From the sequence record NZ_CP024426.1: a stretch of 64,000 nt of DNA; one strand, 5' to 3'. This stretch comes from a plasmid. This document shows positions 39,601-48,948 of the stretch, in pieces. A program made the position numbers and the translations under genes. How positions within the stretch are numbered: the stretch's first letter is position 1; the number at the start of each line of letters is the position of its first letter. The notes beneath the pieces are model-generated. The model did no database searches, was not told the origin of the DNA, and saw nothing but the letters and a program-made list of their open reading frames with translations.

Positions 39601-39897
39601 GAGGGGGCCGAGTTCCTGTCCTATGAGCCTTATGCATTTCTGGTTCAAAGGAAAAAGCCCGCCCTGGCGGCCTTCGTCCAGCAGCGGGTCTATGAGCTGT
39701 TTTCGAACCGCGCCCAGATGATCGCGCGCTTCAACGCCAGCTTTTCCAGGAAGGATGCTTCCGGCAGCGGCCAGCCGGATGTTCGCATGTCCGTGCCTCT
39801 GGCCTATCTGTTCCTGCTGAACGCCGTCGAGAACGACACGCTGTTCCTGCCGAACGCCGATCTGTCGCCGGAAGCGGCGGCGGGGAACCGCCCTTAG
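36613..39897 (+). CDS. Large polytopic membrane protein with a periplasmic-type solute-binding (SBP_bac_3-like) domain and a C-terminal Cys-rich domain
   Basis: About 10 predicted TM helices in two clusters (aa 30-140 and 370-620); then a signal-anchor-like segment LALLAMLFPMLVLAPTSARA; then a family-3 SBP-like domain (RIGFRFDIAPFSYRN...GYLADMCFDIF...DLLCDAVTM); C-terminal 200 aa with at least 7 Cys. Local GC is visibly lower than in the flanks. Confidence 0.8.
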   Translation: MADPWPAEVPASLWTFNQLSAEEVVQVPMMGVKFASGFLYAFAFGCIFIAVFAWQRFRIKTVVKSPSRALTQLGPNDLGGQAALIRAYFIYAGSILLLYVSLTFFGKLLVQMARLVPAIGIDAYADKLRFDSPQWPLMLAFGFAGLAQMLPPVAAIEGWLRLRAYRAVGIPVRLEQTMRNLIVTLERAGPKGDLEESPLGKALSCYRAQWDGIIKGHAWAGAWARRRASRAQDLVSLLSQLELLVSWSKSKRGSWPGHEVSQTVRDLEETYVRESGDLLNEFQQRMSEPPEIDDRRLSGTREARLDDYLNTTFSKAEGLRHDLVGILAIFLERDIDSPDRTDDFKDHSYTDPALHALLIKTARADSAGTGPESGLFAALIAVFVLCAAAAWRGLQDPVGQYVERTNLYGMLISALVETLRLASLTWLPLLAAFSLRQYLWDNGDWARARYSTKPDHYAGQILVCTSLGVATGVLGLVLVAALKAFFIATNREYFAELLAGGPAPFLLYYPTQAIILPALIPLAIYSADLSKTPHRRLIWGVVAALVIGTLWLAHATYWNGTVLIRDCVSATAILTEACVRRMDLISHLALMTLTFLAVGIFGDLPERRRANVRERERTGTGVESAAGLALLAMLFPMLVLAPTSARAEPEPVRIGFRFDIAPFSYRNEASGPRQFHGYLADMCFDIFDGYPAYKVEAVPVGAKDRFDMFNAGNVDLLCDAVTMRFSERDRSEKGIYSPIVFVSGVSYLETGNRNVGAVALGFVLNATARDVALKTCHVDQFRVFMPDTRALLVERCNLRWQAALLAQRLLNEPSIVQSPASQIAVTQVDPRRRASLDAVMESWRRLHEDWETLHQRAENLNTMVQDQNITRLSTATTALIKTVLSDGNGIQTCLDSLGRNAAVCAEASKALSDPRCGGIADKNASAKAPADANIPFEQRIWDDYSFCPMSDHGALIKWFCTSGKDLRRVYLGDRELIVAKRDAWARDIGSCPVQRAEGAEFLSYEPYAFLVQRKKPALAAFVQQRVYELFSNRAQMIARFNASFSRKDASGSGQPDVRMSVPLAYLFLLNAVENDTLFLPNADLSPEAAAGNRP

Positions 39898-39934
39898 CCG
39901 ACCCATCCGCAACCCTTGCAGGCAGGAGCCGCCC

Positions 39935-42900
39935 ATGAAGCTGCAGATCCACGGCCAAAAGCAGGTCCCGGTCGACGAGACGCCGGCAGCAAACGGGGCC
40001 GTTACCGTCGAGGTCAAGGACAGGGTCACCGTGACCGGCCTCCGCGGCGATGCCCTGCCGGTGCAGATCGACCTGCCGCCGGACCATGTGCTGGAACTGC
40101 AGATGGAGGGCGAGGGCGCCCCCCGCCTGCTGCTGCGCGGGGACGAGGCGCAGGCCCTGCTGGCGGGCGGCGCGGCGATGACCCGCGACGGCGCGGGCGA
40201 CGATCTGCTGGTGCTGCCGACCCATCTGCAGCTTGACCCGCCCGCGCGCGGTCGCCGCGGTCTGGACCGGGGACTGCTGGCCTGGGCGGTTAAGACCGTC
40301 CAGGTGCTCAAGGTCGATGGCAAGCCCGCCGAGGCAGCCCGCCAGCTTGAGGATCAGAACCCCGCGCTGGGGCTGAACCGCTGGCTGCCCGACGGCACGC
40401 TGGAGCCCCTTGCCCCCGGCACCGCAGCCGAGGGCAAGACCTGGCTTTTGTTCCTGCACGGCACGGCCTCTTCGACGCTGGAGGGCTTTGGCAAGCTGAT
40501 CGGGGCGCAGCCGGCGATCTGGCGCCAGCTGCATGCGACCTACCCCGGACGGGTGCTGGCCTTCGACCACCGCACCCTGACCGAGGATCCGATCCAGAAC
40601 GCCACGACGCTGCTGGCGGCGCTGCCTCCGGACATCACTCTGCACCTTGTCAGCCACAGCCGCGGCGGGCTGGTGGGCGAATTGCTGGCCCGGCCGCAAC
40701 TGGTCGCGCCGGGCACCGACACGGTGTTCGACCCGGCCGAGGTGCAGGAACTGGCCGAACGGGACCGCCCTGCGGCCGAGGAACTGGGCCAGGCGCTGGT
40801 CGCTAGCGGGGTGCGGGTCACGCGCTTTGTCCGGGTGGCCTGCCCGGCGCGCGGCACCGACCTTGCCGGTGGCCGGCTGGACCGCTGGCTGAACCTGCTG
40901 TTCAACCTGGTGCAGCAAACGATCGACCCCCTGGCCATCGACGATGCTGTGAAGCGCAAGGTCGAGGGGCTGCGGCGGCTGGCCTTGGCGGCCTCGGCCG
41001 GGAAAGACAACCCCGACGCCCTGCCCGGCATCGCGGCCATGGCGCCGGATTCGTCCCCGCTGCTGGCCATCCTGAACCGCCGCCCCGCCAACCCCGCCCC
41101 GCCCCAGGACGAAGCCCCCGCACAGGACGGGCTGGTCGTCATCGGCGGCGACGCCGAGCCGGCGGGCGTCGTCAAGCGCCTGCTGGTCTGGCTGGCCGAC
41201 GCGCTGCTCCAGGGAGAGAACGACCTGGTGGTGGAAACCGGCTCGGTCGGGGGCGGGACGCCCCGCGCCGTGGCCCCGCCCCTGGTGCTGGATCGCGGGC
41301 CGCAGGTCGATCATTCGCGCTTCTTCGCCAACGACCGGACCGCGCAGGCGATGCTGCTGGGATTGCGCGACCCCGCCCTGCTGAGAGAGGGCTCGGTCCC
41401 CTCGCTGCCCGAGCAGATGCGCGAGGCCGAGGCCAGGCTGCGCAGCACGATCCGCTCGGCCGATGCCGCGCCTTTTCTGTCGCGGGGCCGGGGCACGCCA
41501 CTGGCCGTTATACTGCCTGGGATCACCGGCAGCCACCTTGCCGTGGGGAAGAATCGCGTCTGGGTCAGCCCTTTCGGCATCTGCACGCGGGGCGTGAAGT
41601 CCCTGGCGCTCGGCAAGACGCAGATCACGGAAGACGGGGTGGTCGGGCTTTACTACGGCGCGCTTTGCGATCATCTGGCGCGCAGCCACGAGGTCGTGGC
41701 CATGCCTTATGACTGGCGCCTGTCCCTGCAGGACCTGGGCGCCCGCCTGGCGGCAAGGCTGACGGCCCTGCTGGCCCAGGACGACAGCCGCCCGCTTCAC
41801 ATCGTCGGCCATTCGATGGGCGGGCTGGTCGCGCGCATGGCGCTGGCCCAGTCGCCCGAGCTGATGCGCGGCTTTCTGGCCCATCCCGAATCGCGCTTGC
41901 TGATGCTGGGGACGCCGAACGGCGGGTCCTGGCAGATGGGGCTGGCGCTGTTGGGACGGACCCGGACGGTCAAGGCGCTGGCCCTGCTCAGCCCGCATGA
42001 CGACATCGGCGACATCACCGCCATCCTGCGCGAATGGCCCGGCGCGGTGCAGCTTTTGCCGCCCGAGCTGCTGGTCCCGGAACCCTGGGCGGGATTTGAC
42101 GCCGAAGCGCCCTCGGCCCAGGCTTTGGCCTTGGCGGCGCAGGCCCAGGTCCTGCTGCGGGACAAGGCGGGCATTCCGAAAGGCCGCAGCCTTTACGTCG
42201 CCGGGATGGGCGATACCTGCGCCGAGCTTCTTGTCGTCGATGGCGCGTTGAGCATGCGGGTTTCGCCCGAGGGCGACGGCACCGTCTTGTGGCGCACCGG
42301 CATCCCCGACGGGGTCCCGGTCTGGTATGCGCCGTCGGAACACGGCGACCTGTGCAAGGACGCCTATCTGCATCCGGCAATCGCCGACCTGCTGCTGCGG
42401 GGAACGACCACCCTGCTGTCGGACCGGCCGGGCCGGCGCGGGGCGACTGCCGCAGTGGCGGCCACCCAGGTCGTCCCGGCCACGGAGGTTCTGCCCCTGA
42501 TCCCTTCGGGCCCGCAGCTGCTGGCGATGGCCATGGGGGCCAGCCCGCCCGCGCTGCTGGACCGCTCGGCCCCCAGCCCCGAGGTCCGCGTGACCGTGGT
42601 CCACGGCAACCTGGAGTTCGCGCGCCACCCGATTCTGGTCGGCCACAACCTGGGCGATCCGATCATGGGGGCCGAGGCGGCGCTGGACCGCAGCCTGAAC
42701 GGCAGGCTCAGCCGGCGCAATGCGCGCGGCCTGCACCCCGGCATCATCGAAAGCTGGGATGTGCATGTGGAACCCGTCACCACGACCGATGCGGGCGGCG
42801 CGGCGGGCACGGGCCTGCGGGGCGGCATCGTGGTGGGGCTGGGCGTCGCCTCGGCACTGACCACGGGCAGCCTGATGCGGACCATCCGCTGCGGTCTGCT

Positions 42901-45304
42901 GGCCTATGCCGACGCCGTCCAGCAGACCGACACGGACCGGCGCGCCCTGGCCGTTTCGGTGGTGTTGCTGGGCAGCGGCAGCGGCATGATCGCGGTCGCC
43001 GACAGCGTCAACGCCATCCTGAACGCGGTCGACCAGGCCAACCGCCTGCTGGAAACCGAGCCTGCCGGCGCGGTCCCGGGCGACGAGCCCCTGCGCTTTA
43101 CCGAGATCGAGATCATCGAGTCGGTCGAACAGATCGCCGTCACCGCCTGGCACTCGGCGCGCGGCCGCATCACCCGCCTGCCCGGCCGCTTCGCCCTGGC
43201 CGGCCGGCTGGAGCAGGGGCGTGGCGGCTGGCGCCGGACCGGCCCCGAAACCGCGCCCGACTGGTGGATGGAGGTGTCGATCACCTCGGACCCGCCCGAG
43301 CCGGCCGCGCCCGGCCAGCCCGGCCGCGAAGGCCCGCTGCGCTATCTGCTGGTGGACGGGCGCGCCCGGGTCGAGGCCAAGGTGGTCGCCACCAGCCGCC
43401 GGCTGGTCGGGCACTATGTCTCGATGATCCCGGACAGCGTGGGCATGGCGGACCCGCGGGGCCTGTCGCCGGGGCGGACGCTGTTTGAACTGCTGTGGCC
43501 CGCAGAGCTGAAGCAGCACAGCATCGAGGACCGCAACCTGCGCTTGGTTCTGGACCGCGAGACGGCTGCGATCCCGTGGGAGATGCTGGACGACCGCCGC
43601 CCCGCGCGCGACGGCTTCGGCGAAGAGGTCCTGATGGCGACCAAGCCCCCGTCCGTGCGCTACGGGGTGCTGCGCCAGCTGTTGGCGCAACGCGAGCGTC
43701 CGCTTCGGCCTCTGGGCGGCGGCAACCGGCAGGCGCTGGTCATCGGCGATCCGCGCGGGGGCGGCAGCACGCTGCCCACCCTGCCCGGCGCCCGGGCCGA
43801 GGCCGAAGCGGTCGCAGGTCTGCTGGAGGCGGCAGGCTATGGCGTGACGCGCATGATCGGCGACACCGCCACCCCGGACCAGGTGATCGCCGCGCTGTTC
43901 TCGCGCGTGTGGGACGTGATCCATGTGGCCAGCCACGGCGTCCTTGACTGGCAACCCACCCCCGACCAGCCGCCGCGCACCGGGATCGTGCTGGGCGCGC
44001 CGCCGCTGGACGTGATCGAATCCGGCATCCTGGCGCAACTGCCCGAGCCGCCGGCGCTGGCCTTTCTGAACTGTTGCCACCTGGGCAGCATCCCCGAAAG
44101 CGACCGTCACCTGCGCCGCGACCGGCCGGCCCTGGCCGCAAGCCTGGCGGTCGAACTGATCGAGGCGGGCTGCCCCGCCGTGGTCGCCTGCGGCTGGGCC
44201 GTCGACGACGGCTCCGCCATGCGCTTTGCCCGCACGCTTTACACCGATCTTTGCGGCGGCCAGAACTTTGGCGCCGCCGTGCGCCATGCGCGCGAGGTGG
44301 CCCATGACGGCGCCACCACCGACAACACCTGGGGCGCCTATCAGTGCTATGGGCATCCGGGCTTTGCGCTGTCGCTTGCGCCCAGGGGCTGGACCGAGGC
44401 CACGCCGGACGCCGCCTCTCCGTCCGAGGCGGTGGCGGTTCTGCAGCGCCTGAGCACCTGCGCCACCGCCCCGCCTGCGCCGCTGTCCGGCGATCCCGCC
44501 GGGACCCAGCGCCTGCGCCAGGACTTCTTGGCCACGCGCGAGGCCGATTTGATCCGCCTGGGCAAGTTCGAGGAGGACATCCGCAGGAACGGCTGGGCCG
44601 ACCGCTCGGATGTGGCAAGCGCGCTTGGCGATGCCTATGCCGCCTGCGGCGACATCACCAGCGCCGTCGATGCCTATCGCCGCGCGGCCATGGCCGAGAC
44701 GCTGACCCTGCCGGTGCGCGCGCTGCAGGACCGATTTGCGCTGCCTTTGCGCCTGCCGAAGGATGACGCCAACGAACTGCGCGCCGCGGTCCAGGCGATG
44801 GGCCTGCTGAACACCGCCTGCGGCCCCAGCCCGCAGCGGCTGGAACTGATCGCGGGCCTGCACCTGCGCCTGGCCGCCCTGGAAAGCCAGGCCAAGCCCC
44901 GGAACGCCGCGCTGGACCAGGCCCTGGACGCGCTGAACGAGGCGCATGATCTGGCCACCCAAGGCGGCAGCGTTGCCGCGGCCGGGCGTATCGCGCTGCG
45001 GCGGCTGCTGGCGGCCATCCTGCGCGGCAAGAATGCGGCCGACACGGCAACGGCCGCCGGGGCGGCGCTGGCGGCCTTGCCACGGGACGACCCGCAGCGC
45101 CCGCTGGCGCTGTTCCTGCAGGCGCTGGCGCAGGGCGACACGAATGCAATCGCCGCCCTGCCCCGGGACGACGCCCTTCAAGCCCTGGACTCCGACACGC
45201 TGTGGACCCTGGCCGAGGCGGCGCGGCTGGCCGGGGACTGCCTGACCGGATCCTTGGGCGATGCGGCCAAGGCCTGCGCCCGCGACCTGTCGATGCTGAT
45301 CTAG
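39935..45304 (+). CDS. 1789-aa multidomain protein: N-terminal domain, two lipase-like alpha/beta-hydrolase modules, CHAT (caspase-like) protease domain, C-terminal helical (TPR-like) repeats
   Basis: GxSxG nucleophile elbows LHLVSHSRGGLVGELL and LHIVGHSMGGLVARMAL (Lipase_2/PGAP1-like); CHAT hallmarks VIHVASHGVLDW (His) and ALAFLNCCHLGS (Cys), about 160 aa apart; Ala/Leu-rich helical repeat tail; no signal peptide; RBS AGGAG before the ATG at 39935; 37-nt gap from the upstream gene. Confidence 0.85.
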   Translation: MKLQIHGQKQVPVDETPAANGAVTVEVKDRVTVTGLRGDALPVQIDLPPDHVLELQMEGEGAPRLLLRGDEAQALLAGGAAMTRDGAGDDLLVLPTHLQLDPPARGRRGLDRGLLAWAVKTVQVLKVDGKPAEAARQLEDQNPALGLNRWLPDGTLEPLAPGTAAEGKTWLLFLHGTASSTLEGFGKLIGAQPAIWRQLHATYPGRVLAFDHRTLTEDPIQNATTLLAALPPDITLHLVSHSRGGLVGELLARPQLVAPGTDTVFDPAEVQELAERDRPAAEELGQALVASGVRVTRFVRVACPARGTDLAGGRLDRWLNLLFNLVQQTIDPLAIDDAVKRKVEGLRRLALAASAGKDNPDALPGIAAMAPDSSPLLAILNRRPANPAPPQDEAPAQDGLVVIGGDAEPAGVVKRLLVWLADALLQGENDLVVETGSVGGGTPRAVAPPLVLDRGPQVDHSRFFANDRTAQAMLLGLRDPALLREGSVPSLPEQMREAEARLRSTIRSADAAPFLSRGRGTPLAVILPGITGSHLAVGKNRVWVSPFGICTRGVKSLALGKTQITEDGVVGLYYGALCDHLARSHEVVAMPYDWRLSLQDLGARLAARLTALLAQDDSRPLHIVGHSMGGLVARMALAQSPELMRGFLAHPESRLLMLGTPNGGSWQMGLALLGRTRTVKALALLSPHDDIGDITAILREWPGAVQLLPPELLVPEPWAGFDAEAPSAQALALAAQAQVLLRDKAGIPKGRSLYVAGMGDTCAELLVVDGALSMRVSPEGDGTVLWRTGIPDGVPVWYAPSEHGDLCKDAYLHPAIADLLLRGTTTLLSDRPGRRGATAAVAATQVVPATEVLPLIPSGPQLLAMAMGASPPALLDRSAPSPEVRVTVVHGNLEFARHPILVGHNLGDPIMGAEAALDRSLNGRLSRRNARGLHPGIIESWDVHVEPVTTTDAGGAAGTGLRGGIVVGLGVASALTTGSLMRTIRCGLLAYADAVQQTDTDRRALAVSVVLLGSGSGMIAVADSVNAILNAVDQANRLLETEPAGAVPGDEPLRFTEIEIIESVEQIAVTAWHSARGRITRLPGRFALAGRLEQGRGGWRRTGPETAPDWWMEVSITSDPPEPAAPGQPGREGPLRYLLVDGRARVEAKVVATSRRLVGHYVSMIPDSVGMADPRGLSPGRTLFELLWPAELKQHSIEDRNLRLVLDRETAAIPWEMLDDRRPARDGFGEEVLMATKPPSVRYGVLRQLLAQRERPLRPLGGGNRQALVIGDPRGGGSTLPTLPGARAEAEAVAGLLEAAGYGVTRMIGDTATPDQVIAALFSRVWDVIHVASHGVLDWQPTPDQPPRTGIVLGAPPLDVIESGILAQLPEPPALAFLNCCHLGSIPESDRHLRRDRPALAASLAVELIEAGCPAVVACGWAVDDGSAMRFARTLYTDLCGGQNFGAAVRHAREVAHDGATTDNTWGAYQCYGHPGFALSLAPRGWTEATPDAASPSEAVAVLQRLSTCATAPPAPLSGDPAGTQRLRQDFLATREADLIRLGKFEEDIRRNGWADRSDVASALGDAYAACGDITSAVDAYRRAAMAETLTLPVRALQDRFALPLRLPKDDANELRAAVQAMGLLNTACGPSPQRLELIAGLHLRLAALESQAKPRNAALDQALDALNEAHDLATQGGSVAAAGRIALRRLLAAILRGKNAADTATAAGAALAALPRDDPQRPLALFLQALAQGDTNAIAALPRDDALQALDSDTLWTLAEAARLAGDCLTGSLGDAAKACARDLSMLI

Positions 45305-46671
45305 GAGGGCGCGCTGTCGCCCAGGCGATCGTACCAGCGCCGGGCATGAAGGCGCAGCGCGTCGGCCTGCGCGGGCACCGGCCAGGTCCGGGTGGCGGGT
45401 GCGGTGCGGGGCGGCAGGCACAGCAGCGCCGCCCCGACCGAGGTCCCCGTGGCCGAGGTCGCGGTTTCCACCCCCTCGCCGCGCAGCGCGGCCAGCATGT
45501 CGAGAAAATCGCCATTGCGGGCGAAGGGCCCCTCGACGATGACCGGGCCCTGCGCGCCGACCAGGCGTAGGCAACTGTCGGTCATCAGCGCCAGATACCA
45601 GGACAGGGCGGCCATGCGCTGGCAGTCGCCCGCAGGCGGTCGGGTCCACGCCATTGTGCGGCCACGGAATGGGCCGGAACCCGGCTCGACCGCCGGCAGG
45701 ATCATCAGCCCGGCGTCCAGCGCGGCCGCGCGGTCGCGGTCGGACGGCTCGGCGGCGCTGCCGGCGCGAATGATCTCGAACTCGCGCCCGCCCATGAACC
45801 GGGCCGAGGGCGTGGGCGCCCCCAGCGCATTCACATTGACCAGCACGTCGCGGCCTGGGTCCAGCGCGCCGGGCCGGCCGCCCACCGCCATCGCCACCAC
45901 CCAGGTGCCGGTCGAGACCACCGAGAACGCCCCCTGCCGCCCCAGCACATGCGCGAAAAGCGAGGCGTTGCTGTCATGGATGCCGACCGCGACCGGCGTG
46001 CCGGCCGGGATGCCGGTGGCCTGCGCGACATCGGGCAGCAGGCCGCCCAGCACCTCGTTCGCGCGGCGCGCCGGGGCGATGCGGCCGGTCAGGTCCAGCC
46101 GTTCGACCAGATCCGAGAACCGTCCCGACCAGGGGTTCCAAAGATCGGTGTGGCAGCCCAGCGAGGTCACGTCGCTGGCGCGTTCCCCCGTCAGCCGCCA
46201 GCCCCAGTATTGCGGATAGGTCACGACATCGGCGACGTGCCCCGCAACATCGGGGTCCGACAGCAGCCAATGCAGTTGCGCGCCCAGGTTCAGCCCCATG
46301 GGCAGCCGGGGCGAGCCGGTCTGCGCGAAATCGGGCCGGATCGCGTCATAGGCAGCGGCCAGAGTGTCGGGGCCGGGGTGTTCGTAGTCCAGCATCGGCA
46401 GCGCCCGCCCCTGCCCCTCCAGCAGCACGGCCGAGGCGCCATGCGTCGTCACCGAGATCGCATCGACGCCGTGCCGGGCATGGAAATCGGCCAGGTGGTG
46501 CAGAAAGAACTGCCAATGCCCCTCAAGGTCGAAATGCGGCCAGGGGGGGCCGGGCAGGACGCGGTTCGGGCGGGTGACGACGGCGATCTCGGCCAGGGTC
46601 TCGGCCTCGACCAGCGCCAGCTTGGCATTGGTCTTGCCGATGTCGATGACGGCGATGCGGGCGGGGGTCAT
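45301..46671 (-). CDS. rhaK: FGGY-family carbohydrate kinase (rhamnulokinase-like)
   Basis: FGGY N-terminus [15 protein letters not shown]; last gene of the rhaRSTPQUK-like operon; start at the complement of 46669-46671. Confidence 0.8.
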   Translation of the reverse strand: MTPARIAVIDIGKTNAKLALVEAETLAEIAVVTRPNRVLPGPPWPHFDLEGHWQFFLHHLADFHARHGVDAISVTTHGASAVLLEGQGRALPMLDYEHPGPDTLAAAYDAIRPDFAQTGSPRLPMGLNLGAQLHWLLSDPDVAGHVADVVTYPQYWGWRLTGERASDVTSLGCHTDLWNPWSGRFSDLVERLDLTGRIAPARRANEVLGGLLPDVAQATGIPAGTPVAVGIHDSNASLFAHVLGRQGAFSVVSTGTWVVAMAVGGRPGALDPGRDVLVNVNALGAPTPSARFMGGREFEIIRAGSAAEPSDRDRAAALDAGLMILPAVEPGSGPFRGRTMAWTRPPAGDCQRMAALSWYLALMTDSCLRLVGAQGPVIVEGPFARNGDFLDMLAALRGEGVETATSATGTSVGAALLCLPPRTAPATRTWPVPAQADALRLHARRWYDRLGDSAPS

Positions 46672-46982
46672 GGCAGGTGGAACATCGGGACCAGGGGGAC
46701 GGCGACCGGGGCGCCGTCCGGCTGGGTCGCCATGATGTCGGCCATATGCGCCCACCAGCGCCGCATCACCAGATGGGCAGGCAGGTCGTCCATGCGGTGG
46801 TCGTCGGTCCGCCACAGCACGGCGAACAGGGCGTCGGTTTCCGGGTCCAGGTGGATCGAATAGTCCCGCACGCCCGCGTCCCGCAGCAGCGCGACCAGTT
46901 CCGGCCAGATCGCGTCGTGGCGGCGGCGGTATTCATCGGCCATGCCGGGGTTCAGCCGCATGCGAAAGGCGTGTTTCTGCAT
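46668..46982 (-). CDS. rhaM: L-rhamnose mutarotase
   Basis: About 104 aa RhaM/RhaU family ([13 protein letters not shown]...YSIHLDPE...); overlaps neighbouring genes by 4 nt on each side. Confidence 0.8.
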   Translation of the reverse strand: MQKHAFRMRLNPGMADEYRRRHDAIWPELVALLRDAGVRDYSIHLDPETDALFAVLWRTDDHRMDDLPAHLVMRRWWAHMADIMATQPDGAPVAVPLVPMFHLP

Positions 46983-47980
46983 CATGCCCTCCGCCGCATG
47001 GACCACAGGCGCGGGAGCGCGATCACCGCGATCAGCAGGGCGCCGACGACGATGGACATGACGATGCCCGGCACGTTCAGAAGCCCCAGCCCGAAGGTCA
47101 CCAGCCCCATGACCACGGCCGCCAGCACCACGCCCAGGATGCTGCCCGAGCCGCCCAGGATGCTGACGCCGCCCAGGACGACGATGGTCACGACCTCAAG
47201 CTCGAACCCCGAGGCGATCGAGGGGCGGGTGGATCCCAGGCGCGAGGTCAGGCAGACGGCGGCGATCCCGCTCATCAGCCCGGTCAGCAGGAACAGGATG
47301 AAGCGCACACGCTCGACCCGGATGCCGGAAAACCGTGCGGCGGTGGCGTTGTTGCCGATGGCCTGGACCATGCGGCCAAAGCTGGTGCGGTGCAGAAGCA
47401 CGCCAAAGACCAGGGCGGCCAGCGCAAAGATCACCGGTTCGACCGTGATGACCCAGAAGACATAGCCCTGCCCGAACCAGGCAAAGCTGTCGGGATAGCC
47501 GGTGAAGGCGCCGTCGCCCAGCACGATGTAACTGATGCCGCGAAACAGGCTCATGGTGCCGATGGTCACGACGATGGAGGGCAGGCCGAAGCGCGCGACC
47601 AGAAGCCCGTTGAACGCGCCGCAGAGAACCCCCGTGCCCAGGCCCAGGGCCACCAGCACCGGGGTCGAGGCTCCCGCCGCCATCGCCAGCCCTATGACCG
47701 TCGAGGCCAGCGCGATGATCGCGCCGACAGACAGGTCGATCTCGCCCGCGACGATCAGCATGGCCATGGCGAAGGCGATCATCGCCTTTTCGGTGAAGTT
47801 GAAGCTGGCGTCCGACAGGTTCCACGGGTCCAGGAAATAGGGCGAGGCCCAGGCGTTCAGGGCAAAGATCGCGACCGCGACCAGGGCCAGCAGGGCCTCC
47901 CAGCTTTTCAGGGCGCGGGACGCGGGGCTGGTCAGGCGGTCGGGGATGTGACGGGCAGCGTTGTTTGGGACGGCGGTCAT
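46982..47980 (-). CDS. rhaQ: Sugar ABC transporter permease (RbsC/AraH type)
   Basis: Polytopic branched-chain/ribose-type permease; start MTAVPNN at the complement of 47978-47980. Confidence 0.8.
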   Translation of the reverse strand: MTAVPNNAARHIPDRLTSPASRALKSWEALLALVAVAIFALNAWASPYFLDPWNLSDASFNFTEKAMIAFAMAMLIVAGEIDLSVGAIIALASTVIGLAMAAGASTPVLVALGLGTGVLCGAFNGLLVARFGLPSIVVTIGTMSLFRGISYIVLGDGAFTGYPDSFAWFGQGYVFWVITVEPVIFALAALVFGVLLHRTSFGRMVQAIGNNATAARFSGIRVERVRFILFLLTGLMSGIAAVCLTSRLGSTRPSIASGFELEVVTIVVLGGVSILGGSGSILGVVLAAVVMGLVTFGLGLLNVPGIVMSIVVGALLIAVIALPRLWSMRRRA

Positions 47981-48948
47981 GACGCGACCTCGGCTTTCTT
48001 CAGGATGATGCGGCCCGGCTCGCGCCGGCTCATGGCGTTGAAGGCGATGGCCAGCAGGATCGCGCTGCCCGAAATCGCCATCTGCCAAAAGGGCGAGATG
48101 CCGACCACCGGCAGGGCGTTCTTGATGATGCCCAGAAACAGCGCCCCCATGACCGCGCCCGCGACGGTGCCCGACCCGCCCGCGATGGCGATGCCGCCGA
48201 TCACGCAGGCGGCGACCACGTCCAGTTCAAAACCCCCGGCGATATCCACATAGGCCACGGCATAGCGCGCCACCCAGAGGTATCCGGTCAGCCCGGCCAG
48301 CGCGCCCGACAGCACGAAGGCCGCGAACTGCGTGCGCCCAACCGAAATGCCGGTATAGACCGCCGCGTGGGGGTTGCCGCCGACCGCGTAAAGCGCGCGG
48401 CCAAGCGCGGTGCGGGTCAGCAGGATGGCGACGGCGGCAATCGCGGCCAGCGCGATCCAGGCCATGACCGGCAGGCCCAGCACGACATGGCGCGGCAGGG
48501 CCTTGAACCCCTCGCTCATCTGGTGGGCGTTGATCCAGGCGCCGCCGGTCATCAGGAAGATGCTGCCGCGATAGATCGTCATGGTGCCCAGCGTCACCAC
48601 GATGGACGGGATGCCCAGCTTCCAGACCAGCAACCCGTTCACCGCCCCAAGCGCCGCGCCAAGCGCCACCACCGCCAGCAGGATCAGCGGCAGGGGCACA
48701 CCCGCGCCGTTCATCAGCGCCGCGACCATGCCGCAGAGCGCCAGGTTCGCGGCCACCGACAGGTCGATGCATTTCGTCAGGATGACCGCCATCTGCCCCA
48801 GAGCCAGCAGGATCAGGGGCGCGGTGTCGGTGAAGACGCGAGCCAGGTTCGCCGGCGCGACAAAGCCCGGGAAGCGGCTGGCGATCAGCGCCAGCAGCGC
48901 CAGGATCGCAAGGCCAAGGATGGTTTCGCGCGATTTCAGCAGGCTCAT
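47977..48948 (-). CDS. rhaP: Sugar ABC transporter permease (RbsC/AraH type)
   Basis: Start MSLLKSRETILGLAILALL at the complement of 48946-48948; 323 aa polytopic. Confidence 0.8.
   Translation of the reverse strand: MSLLKSRETILGLAILALLALIASRFPGFVAPANLARVFTDTAPLILLALGQMAVILTKCIDLSVAANLALCGMVAALMNGAGVPLPLILLAVVALGAALGAVNGLLVWKLGIPSIVVTLGTMTIYRGSIFLMTGGAWINAHQMSEGFKALPRHVVLGLPVMAWIALAAIAAVAILLTRTALGRALYAVGGNPHAAVYTGISVGRTQFAAFVLSGALAGLTGYLWVARYAVAYVDIAGGFELDVVAACVIGGIAIAGGSGTVAGAVMGALFLGIIKNALPVVGISPFWQMAISGSAILLAIAFNAMSRREPGRIILKKAEVAS

Noticed and set aside
39731-45649. 1972-aa minus-strand ORF
   Set aside because: It is antisense to the CHAT/lipase gene and has the same high-GC reverse-frame artefact composition.
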